DNA of 64,000 bases from Acidobacteriota bacterium (GTDB lineage Bacteria > Acidobacteriota > Thermoanaerobaculia > Multivoradales > UBA5704). How positions within the stretch are numbered: the stretch's first letter is position 1; every line of letters begins with the position of its first letter. Below the pieces are notes generated by a model that saw only the letters and a program-made list of their open reading frames with translations, searched no databases and was not told the DNA's origin. Shown one piece after another: positions 56,824-64,000 of the stretch. Location of the stretch: contig JBDTZG010000010.1 in NCBI GenBank assembly GCA_040005235.1, forward strand, positions 1 through 64,000, read 5' to 3'. Made by a program: the position numbers and the translations under genes.

Positions 56824-58563
56824 ATGCCCAATGATTCGCGCGCTCTCATATATCTGCGCGTCTCAACTGATCGCCAGGCGCAAAAGGGTATCGCAATCCC
56901 CACCCAAGAAGTGCAGTGTCTTTCCCATGCAACCCAACAAGGATACGTCGTGGATGCAAAGACAGATATCTACATTGACGGCGGCGAGAGTGCCCGCACT
57001 ATGGATCGACCGGCGCTCTTAGATCTTCTCACCCGTTGCAAAGAGGACGATGCCGTGCGTGCGATTATCGTCTACGACGTCTCACGGCTTGCACGCAACC
57101 GTCTCGACTTCGCCATCATCAAGCAGGCCCTCCGCAAGGCAGGAGTAACCCTCATCTCCGCGACAGAGCCGATCAACGATAGCCCCGAGGGACAGATGCT
57201 TGAGGGAGTGCTTTCGACGGTTGCCGAGTTCTTCTCCGCTCAGAGCGGACGCAAAGTACAGGCGAATATGCGCCGCAAGGCGGAGGCCGGGGGCTGGCCC
57301 AATCTCGCGCCGTACGGATACGTGAATCGAAAAGGAAAACTACCAGACGGGGAAATACGCGCCTGGATCGAGCCGCAACCCGAGGAAGCTCGATGGGTCA
57401 AAAGAGCGTTTGAGCTGTTCGGAACCGGTGGGTACTCGGTCAAGGTTCTTGCACGTGTCCTCCACAAGGATGGATTCGTGGTACGAAGTGTTAGGAACCG
57501 GAAGTCCAAAACGCTTCATAATTCCCAGCTTGAACGGATACTCCGCAACAAGCTCTACATCGGCATCATCGAATGGGGAGGAGTCGTCAATGACCATGGA
57601 ACCCACGAAAAGCTCATTGACCCTGACCTCTTCTATCGCGTGCAAGACTTGCTCGCCGTGCGCTCCCTCTCGGTCACCCGCGTGCGCCGTCACCGCTCCC
57701 TGTTCAAGAGATTCGCCCGGTGCGGTGAATGCGGGTCACCAATGACGATTGACGTAAAGGAGACCTCGACAACCCGCTCGATCCGCTACCTGAGGTGTCG
57801 GAAGATCAAAAAGTGCAGCCAGGCTTACTTCGCCGAGGAGGTGTATACCGAGCAGCTTGAAAGGCTCGTGCGGCGCGTCGAGCTACCAGCGAAAGCCGTT
57901 GAGACTCTCCTGGAGAAGGTCAAACAAGTCTCCGGCACAGACGAGCAGGTGCAGGAGCAGGTACGAACTCGCCTTCTGCGGGAGCGTGAGGTGGTGGAGC
58001 GGAGACAGCAGAACCTCCTTGTGCGTACCCTTGACGATGATCCGCGCAATGAGGCCCAGCGTTCGCTCTATGAGCGAGTCCGCGGGGAACTCGCACAAGA
58101 ACATGAACGTCTGACACGGGAACTCGGCCGTCTCAAACTAAGGCTCGACAGAGTTTCACGAATCTTGATGATGGCTCTTGAAATTACAGGCTGTTCGAGC
58201 CGCGCGTTTGAGGCTGACGCAGATCCCGATTACAGAGGGATCATCGCACGTGTGATTTTCAAGGGAGTGCAAATGTGCGACGGGAGAATCGTCGATGCGA
58301 AGCTCACTGCCCCACTAGCCGCCTTTCGCAGATGGGCAGGCGAAAAGCCGTTGGAGCGCTTGGCCGATTTGGCCCTACTCTGTGCGCGTGACGGGATGCT
58401 AGTAGACGGTTGCGCAAAGCGACCGGAGCGGCACGTTTCGCTCTCCACGATCCGTCGGGATCTTCTCCGACTCGAAAAATCACTTACTCCAGAACAAGAA
58501 GCGGAAATCGAATCCTGCTATCACGAGCTGCGAGGCAGAAGGTTGCTATTATCTTCGGTATGA
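56824..58563 (+). CDS. Large serine recombinase (integrase 2)
   Basis: YLRVST, DVSRLARN, APYGY, CGECG...C..C Zn ribbon and coiled coil. Confidence 0.93.
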   Translation: MPNDSRALIYLRVSTDRQAQKGIAIPTQEVQCLSHATQQGYVVDAKTDIYIDGGESARTMDRPALLDLLTRCKEDDAVRAIIVYDVSRLARNRLDFAIIKQALRKAGVTLISATEPINDSPEGQMLEGVLSTVAEFFSAQSGRKVQANMRRKAEAGGWPNLAPYGYVNRKGKLPDGEIRAWIEPQPEEARWVKRAFELFGTGGYSVKVLARVLHKDGFVVRSVRNRKSKTLHNSQLERILRNKLYIGIIEWGGVVNDHGTHEKLIDPDLFYRVQDLLAVRSLSVTRVRRHRSLFKRFARCGECGSPMTIDVKETSTTRSIRYLRCRKIKKCSQAYFAEEVYTEQLERLVRRVELPAKAVETLLEKVKQVSGTDEQVQEQVRTRLLREREVVERRQQNLLVRTLDDDPRNEAQRSLYERVRGELAQEHERLTRELGRLKLRLDRVSRILMMALEITGCSSRAFEADADPDYRGIIARVIFKGVQMCDGRIVDAKLTAPLAAFRRWAGEKPLERLADLALLCARDGMLVDGCAKRPERHVSLSTIRRDLLRLEKSLTPEQEAEIESCYHELRGRRLLLSSV

Positions 58564-58581
58564 ATAGACTAACCGATACAC

Positions 58582-58773
58582 ATGCAAGCAGCAGAACCCT
58601 TGGACGATTTCGTCATCACCTTCGCACCCGACGCAACGCCCGAAGAGGAAGAGCGCTTCCTCACCGAACTTGCGCATGCAATTATAGCGGTCGCAAAGCA
58701 CCTCGTTGATCAAGAAGATCTCGTAGCGGCTGAACAAGCAGGAGAAACTTCTGATTCAGAACACACCCTGTGA
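58582..58773 (+). CDS. Small acidic protein A' (paralog of 56599-56781)
   Basis: Shares DDFVITFAPDATPEEEERFLTELAHAIIA. Confidence 0.6.
   Translation: MQAAEPLDDFVITFAPDATPEEEERFLTELAHAIIAVAKHLVDQEDLVAAEQAGETSDSEHTL
58603..58689 (+). repeat. 87-bp direct repeat, copy 2
   Basis: See 56623-56709. Confidence 0.9.
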
Positions 58774-58820
58774 CCACCCGAAGGGGGTGATGTGTGCCAC
58801 AGTGGTACTAAGTCCTGTCT

Positions 58821-58997
58821 TGTGCGCGTGATGGGGTGTTAGTAGACGGTTGCACAAAGCAACCGGAGCGGCACATTTCCCTCTCTACCATGCGTCGCGA
58901 TCTAATTCGGCTTGAAAAGTCGCTCGATCCAGAACTAGCTGCCGATATCGAGTCCTGCTATCACGAACTGCGCGGCAGAGGCACATTTGCGACCTAA
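58821..58997 (+). other. Diverged duplicate (B') of the recombinase-2 3' segment at 58381-58563
   Basis: Open frame CARDGVLVDGCTKQPERHISLSTMRRDLIRLEKSLDPELAADIESCYHELRGRGTFAT*, with 43 of the first 53 aa identical to the recombinase tail. Confidence 0.8.
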
Positions 58998-59003
58998 CTA
59001 CAA

Positions 59004-59825
59004 TTAACTTTGGCCTCTAGTCGAAATTCGCCTACACCACCCTGCTACATCTTCGGGCACCGCGAGAACGAGGCGGTGTCCATGCATCTGTGCGAACTGA
59101 GAAGCCGAAGGTAAAAAGCGAGAGGTGGTTACAAAGAGTCCGCGGCTTGCTTGTTGGTGCTCGACCACTCCGTAGAGAGCAGCGACAGCTTCGAGCTTAA
59201 CAGGGTATTGCGGGTCGTATCGTTTCGCCTGCACCAAAGTGACAAGCTCGCCGATCGAATCCTTCTGGACGAGACGAATATCGACTCCGGCATCCCCGCT
59301 GCCTGGACCGAGTTCCGTGTGAGACCCCTGATTCCGAAAGATAGCGTCGAGAAGATATTCAAACTTTCGCCACTCTAGTTGATGGAGTTCATTAGGATGT
59401 AGCCCAAAATATTCAATTAGCTCATCATTTACCGTCTTAAAGTCTGGCGTTACGACATGGCATACATGCGCAAACCTGGAATTTGCATAAAGAAGCTCAA
59501 AATGCCTCAATTCATTAAGTTTCTCACGCGATCTCCGCAGCCTATCTTGCCGAAGACCGTTTGGATATTGCTGATAGGTTTCAATGTCGTCGATGGCGTG
59601 ATAGTTAGCGAAATCCGTGCCATCATTGACAAAAACTGCCCGATATTCGGCGAGCTGCTCATCTATTCGCTCTTCTTCTCCTTTAGCTCTCCCTTCTTCT
59701 TCAACAATGCGAGCCATTTCGGATTGCAGAAATCTTTCAAATCCGTTGTGCGGTAAGACCGCGAGCAGTTGCTCTATCGTTATCGTCTCGTCCTCCAAGA
59801 ACCTATGAAACAGTTCTAGATTCAT
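59004..59825 (-). CDS. Mrr-like restriction endonuclease
   Basis: LEWRKFE, D.GVDI, LVQAKRY and VTTSRF motifs. AT-rich. Confidence 0.87.
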   Translation of the reverse strand: MNLELFHRFLEDETITIEQLLAVLPHNGFERFLQSEMARIVEEEGRAKGEEERIDEQLAEYRAVFVNDGTDFANYHAIDDIETYQQYPNGLRQDRLRRSREKLNELRHFELLYANSRFAHVCHVVTPDFKTVNDELIEYFGLHPNELHQLEWRKFEYLLDAIFRNQGSHTELGPGSGDAGVDIRLVQKDSIGELVTLVQAKRYDPQYPVKLEAVAALYGVVEHQQASRGLFVTTSRFLPSASQFAQMHGHRLVLAVPEDVAGWCRRISTRGQS

Positions 59826-60355
59826 TAAGCGTTATCTCAAAACTGAGAATTGTTTTGATTGACCGCTGTCTTTGTAGAAGAGGTGTCCACCAAATGATCC
59901 ACATTCTTCCTGTAGCGCACAGGGTAGTGTGTTCTCGTGTCTAGCCAGCGGCGTCTGATGAGCGGCAGAGAATACTGGAGAAAATATAGCGGCACATCGT
60001 ACATGGCGCAAGTTCTTTCTACGCCCACTCATTACGACATGGCAAAGAATGCATCCAGCGATCAGCGGCAAATGAAGAGAGTCTCAACGTAGATCTAACG
60101 GCAAAATCTCCTGAAATGGCTGCCGGGGAGAACCGACGTTTACCCCGCCGGTCCTTGGCGCTCCACTTACGTTCCGCAATTTCGTCACATTTCGGGCTCT
60201 CAAAGGCCGCAAACAAGGCGTAACTCGGTCGGTTTGTTGCGACTATCAAGAACATCCGTCCACTGAGGGCATCCCGGCCGCACTGTAGAGCCACAGGCGG
60301 CCCCTCATCCTGGGAGTCAGGAAGCGAGCGGAAGCCGTCTCGAAAGGTGTTCGGG

Positions 60356-60628
60356 ATGGTCCGTCGAACTGTCGTCCTTGTTGCGTCCTTCCTTCTGGTG
60401 GCCTCAGCGGCGCTTGCAGCAGGCGCCTCCCGCGAGTCTCGATCTCTCTGGGAATCGTTTTCGACAAGATCTTTCCTGGAATCAGTCCGTGTCGCGCTCA
60501 GCGGTCTCCTTCACGATCCGATCGGTCTCTTTGCGAACAATGGCAGCGAGACCGATCCAAACGGCAAGCCTCTCGCGTCGCCGCCGGCAGGAGTTGGAAA
60601 CGGCGGCACATCTCCTCAGGCCCAGTGA
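60356..60628 (+). CDS. Small secreted peptide precursor with G-x-x-x-DPNG motif
   Basis: Signal peptide ending ALA, amphipathic middle, NNGSETDPNG, own terminator. Confidence 0.7.
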   Translation: MVRRTVVLVASFLLVASAALAAGASRESRSLWESFSTRSFLESVRVALSGLLHDPIGLFANNGSETDPNGKPLASPPAGVGNGGTSPQAQ

Positions 60629-60643
60629 TTGATGTCTGTGCTC

Positions 60644-60678
60644 GGCGGAGGCCAAATTATCGGCCTCCGCCTCTTTTT
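60644..60678 (+). terminator. Intrinsic terminator
   Basis: GGCGGAGGCC / GGCCTCCGCC stem followed by TCTTTTT. Confidence 0.8.
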
Positions 60679-60750
60679 GTCCCGGATGACCCCTTGAAGC
60701 TCACCTCCAAGAGTAAGACACTACAGCTCTAGCGCGAAAGGACACAGGGG

Positions 60751-62115
60751 ATGAATGATCTGCATCTGAGTCGGGAGCTTCTTCGTGCCATCGCGGCCGG
60801 CGACCTTCCCCCTCGCACACTTCTCGACATGGCCCTCCCACACCTGTTCGAGCTTTGCCCGCACTGTGCCTCGGAGTGGGATTCGTATCAGCGCGAGATG
60901 CGGACGCGCCCGGGAAGTTACGCGGGCGCCTTCGCGATTCTTCCAGCCCTCCTCGAACGGGAACTTCCCAAGGCACAGGCAGAGGAACACCAAGCCCGCA
61001 AGGATCTCCAAGTCCTCTTGGGCCTCCCCGAGGACCAGCGTATTTCGCGTGTTCGTCGCTCCTATCGACGCTTCCGGACACCGACTCTGGCCCAACTCCT
61101 TGTTATCGAATGCAGGAAGCGGTTGAGTTCCGTTCCCCGCGAGGCCTACCATTTAGCGGATCTCGCTCGCGAGGTCACAAACCAGGTTCCCGAGTCACCG
61201 ATCGCCCGCGAGCTGCGGGCGCTTTCGTTTGGCGAGATGGCAAACGCCATCCGGGCCGTCGGTGATCTCCCACAAAGCGACCGCATCTTCGGCCAGGCTC
61301 GCTACTTCACCGTGGTTGGCGGGGTAACCGATCCAGAGATCCTGGCACGGCTCGACTCATTGGAAGGCTCACTGCGACTCGACCAGGGCCGCTACCGTGA
61401 TGCCGAAGAGATCCTCGGCAGGGCGCGGCTTCACTACGAGCTCATAGGCGACCGTCCTGCGGTCGGGCGAGTGCTCATGCAGCTCGCGACGGTGTACCGC
61501 CGCAGTGGAGAGACTTCACGCGCAGTGCGGCTCGGGACAGAGGTCGTCGGATACTTCGACCCTGAGTCCGACCTTTGCCTCTATCTCGCCGCCCGGCGGA
61601 ACCTCGCGGACTACCTTGGCGATTATGGGCGCGGGAGGGAGGCCCTCGCGATTCTCGACGAGGACGAGGTGCGGCATCGCTCCCTCGGAGAGCCCCTTCT
61701 CCAGATCCGCTACACCTGGATTCGCGGCAAGATCGCTATCGGTCAAGGAGAATTCGAGAGCGCGGCGCGCCTTCTTGCCGCGGCGCGCGATGTCTTTCTT
61801 GGCTCCCAGAAGGAGTTTGACACCGTTTTGGTCTCACTTGATCTTGCCCAGGCCTATCTTGGTGCCGGACGCCTGGAGGAGACGAAGCGAATCGCCTCGG
61901 AAATCGTGCCGCTCTTCGAGGCGAATGAGCTGCATCGCGAGGCATTGGCGGCCGTTCTCGTTTTTCGCGACGCCGCCGAGCGCGAGACGCTTACGGTCGA
62001 TTTCCTGCGAGAGATGGGAACATTCCTCGAAGCCTCCCGGACAGATCATTCTCTGCGATTCGAGCCTGGCAAGCGTCTGAATCCACGGGGACGGACACTT
62101 AGCAATGACGCCTGA
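60751..62115 (+). CDS. Cytoplasmic TPR protein with N-terminal HxxxxCxxC Zn-binding motif
   Basis: HLS...PHLFELCPHC followed by helical TPR repeats. No signal peptide. Confidence 0.85.
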   Translation: MNDLHLSRELLRAIAAGDLPPRTLLDMALPHLFELCPHCASEWDSYQREMRTRPGSYAGAFAILPALLERELPKAQAEEHQARKDLQVLLGLPEDQRISRVRRSYRRFRTPTLAQLLVIECRKRLSSVPREAYHLADLAREVTNQVPESPIARELRALSFGEMANAIRAVGDLPQSDRIFGQARYFTVVGGVTDPEILARLDSLEGSLRLDQGRYRDAEEILGRARLHYELIGDRPAVGRVLMQLATVYRRSGETSRAVRLGTEVVGYFDPESDLCLYLAARRNLADYLGDYGRGREALAILDEDEVRHRSLGEPLLQIRYTWIRGKIAIGQGEFESAARLLAAARDVFLGSQKEFDTVLVSLDLAQAYLGAGRLEETKRIASEIVPLFEANELHREALAAVLVFRDAAERETLTVDFLREMGTFLEASRTDHSLRFEPGKRLNPRGRTLSNDA

Positions 62116-62279
62116 GACCGATGGTTTTCGCACTATGCGCCGACGCCTCTTAACGCACAGCGAGACATGCACATATCTGAATTTGACGCGATGCGCGTGA
62201 AGCGACAGACTTCTTGACGTTATGATGCTTTTGCCCATTTTCCAGTAATGCTTTTACTCAACACCAATAGGAGACATCA

Positions 62280-63014
62280 ATGCGCTACATTCTCGCTTTC
62301 TCAATACTCCTGATCGCCGCTTCCTCTCCACACGCGAGTGCCTTGGATATTAGAACGACACCATTGCCTTCTGTCACTGCTGCAACGGTCTCTACGCAGT
62401 TTGGCTACACCACAGCCCAAGCCAAAGGAATGTTGGACTTAACCCAGAAAGAACTCTGGTCTCTCGTACCACCGAATCCGACGGCATGGACAACTTCCAC
62501 TTACGCTCTGAGAACTCGAATGAATACGGCTCTTGGGACGCAGGGTTTCGACAGTCCACTTGCAAATGTAATCATCAATTCTTGCAAGGTTTATGCTCGC
62601 GATGCTCGTCACTGTGTCATATTTGCGTCGGCGGTCGCCTGTGCTGAAAGTAGCTGCGGTCAGACATATAGCACTTCTGCTTATGCAATTTTCGGCCTCA
62701 AAGATAGCAACAGCCAACCTATTAAATACTCGTCAAGGACGCATGCGGTCATTGATTGGGTGAAGAGGTATAATGTCAGCTGGTTCGTTGCTGACGAAGG
62801 TTATTTTTACGGATTCTGCAAAAAATACGGCTCGACCTTCCTTCCGCATTGCGACAACGTAGGCACAGACTATTATGCAAATTATTTTTACTCGAACAAG
62901 AAGGGCCGGTATCCTGCGTCGAATTATTGCGGCTCTGAGAGCGGCTCCTCCACTCCTGGTTATTGTCCAAACGGATTCGCGAATTCCAAGGCGGCGTACT
63001 TGAAGGTCAAATGA
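62280..63014 (+). CDS. Secreted protein, possibly lysozyme-fold (glucosaminidase-like)
   Basis: AGGAG RBS and signal peptide. AVACAESSCG...IFGLK layout resembles the lysozyme-like Glu motif. Confidence 0.6.
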   Translation: MRYILAFSILLIAASSPHASALDIRTTPLPSVTAATVSTQFGYTTAQAKGMLDLTQKELWSLVPPNPTAWTTSTYALRTRMNTALGTQGFDSPLANVIINSCKVYARDARHCVIFASAVACAESSCGQTYSTSAYAIFGLKDSNSQPIKYSSRTHAVIDWVKRYNVSWFVADEGYFYGFCKKYGSTFLPHCDNVGTDYYANYFYSNKKGRYPASNYCGSESGSSTPGYCPNGFANSKAAYLKVK

Positions 63015-63255
63015 CCTCGATTTCCGATTCTAGAGTCCAGACGCAATCCGCGGATACCATGTGAACATGCTCTTCCACTCTCGAATGCCACCGCTCCACA
63101 TGTGGCCGGAGATCGCAGCAGACCGCCGTCATGGCAAGCAATGCACTCATGACGCGCTTCCTACGCGGCTATTCTGCGGGAACAGAGCTATCTCAATTAC
63201 GGAATTCGGGCCGCGGTGTGAGGAGCACCTCAGGCCGAGCTAGCAGCAAGCCGCC

Positions 63256-64000
63256 TCACAAAGCAATCCTGAGTTGGCTGGGTGAGGCTTCCAAGGTTCT
63301 TGAACCTCCCGGAGAAGGCTTCGCAGGAATGAAGGGGCGATCAATCCACTGTTTATAGGCAGCGATGTTACAGGTAAGGAGTGCGTCCACCAACCTGTTT
63401 GCTTCCGGGTCAACTCCTTCCCACTTAATCCGCCGCGACATCAACCGCGCCCTTTTCCTCTTGATAGAATTCATGAAGGGCCTCGAATCGCTTATCGTCC
63501 AATCGGTAAAGAGTCGAGAGATCTCTCCCCTGAATTGTGCAGCTCCAACAGCAACAAGGTGCAAAGGCCGCTTCAGAGCATCCTGAAGCCGTGCTAAGTG
63601 GTGCAGGGCATCGCGCCCTCGCGCCGGATTCGCGAGACCGGTCTGGAACTCTTTCGAGACCATCGTGATCTCTTCGTGAGTCTCCAAAAATTCGAGCCAG
63701 TATTGCCAGTCTCGTAGAGTAACAGCCTGAAGATATGGAATGATTGGAATACCACGTGCACTCCATTCCCGAGCACAGACCAAGGAGCGCTTTCGGTTGT
63801 AGAGATGCTGGGGCCGAGGATGGCGTAACGAGAAGGAATAGTTTGGAACTATTGCTCCGCTAAAACCCATTTTCGCGAGTGAAGCAAAAATCTCTTCGTT
63901 CCTGTCTCCCCAATAGCGCTCAATGACATCATCCAGACCAATACCTACCAACAACAGCTTTGCTGTTGGTCGCAGCTTGAACCGTTCTCGGATTGCACTG
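63256..64000 (-). CDS. DUF4417-like protein (5' end outside the window)
   Basis: PNYS....P...LYN.KRS......GIPIIP pattern. The frame is open to the window edge. Confidence 0.55.
   Translation of the reverse strand, partial: SAIRERFKLRPTAKLLLVGIGLDDVIERYWGDRNEEIFASLAKMGFSGAIVPNYSFSLRHPRPQHLYNRKRSLVCAREWSARGIPIIPYLQAVTLRDWQYWLEFLETHEEITMVSKEFQTGLANPARGRDALHHLARLQDALKRPLHLVAVGAAQFRGEISRLFTDWTISDSRPFMNSIKRKRARLMSRRIKWEGVDPEANRLVDALLTCNIAAYKQWIDRPFIPAKPSPGGSRTLEASPSQLRIAL

Larger units (their letters stand above)
34897..64000. mobile_element. Integrative element / genomic island inserted in comEC (continues past the window end, possibly composite)
   Basis: Serine integrase at the junction, interrupted host gene, visibly lower GC, and VirD4-like, ArdC, RuvC-like, second recombinase and defence-type genes. 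Confidence 0.85.

Noticed and set aside
59832-60294. Short ORFs upstream of the Mrr-like gene
   Set aside because: No RBS, motif or consistent frame. Treated as intergenic or decayed sequence.
34897-64000. Prophage interpretation of the island
   Set aside because: No terminase, portal, capsid, tail or holin genes recognised in the visible part.
1-64000. tRNA, rRNA and IS transposase genes
   Set aside because: None recognised by eye. A tRNAscan-SE, Infernal or ISEScan run would be needed to exclude them.

Overview
GC-rich bacterial DNA, most likely Acidobacteriota (Thermoanaerobaculia-like). This rests on an ADOP-type permease remnant, a DUF1800/DUF1501 pair and family-typical TPR, CHAT and ECF proteins, and is an inference. 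Positions 1-34.9 kb are host chromosome: RluA-family synthase, dnaE, fdhD, EamA, several intact or decayed toxin-antitoxin loci, REP-like palindromes, a 21-bp minisatellite and a nuclease-STAND-TPR gene. The most striking host locus (5.5-15.2 kb) is an ECF sigma / membrane anti-sigma / lipoprotein TPR-CHAT (caspase-like) triad followed by an S8 protease, two small proteins and a Zn-metalloprotease. Four exactly spaced copies of the bipartite motif TTGTC(A/G)A-N16-GCAAAnnCC sit in front of these units and appear to define a protease-controlled ECF regulon. From about 34.9 kb to the window end lies a more AT-rich integrative element, inserted into the metal-binding motif of comEC next to a large serine recombinase. 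It carries two VirD4-like ATPases, ArdC, RuvC-like and replication-type genes with iteron-like repeats, an M23 peptidase with a partner gene, an ECF/Ser-Thr kinase pair, a second serine recombinase with duplicated flanking modules and att-like sites 440 bp apart, an Mrr-like nuclease, and a secreted-peptide/TPR pair. All family assignments come from motif recognition by eye, not from database searches.
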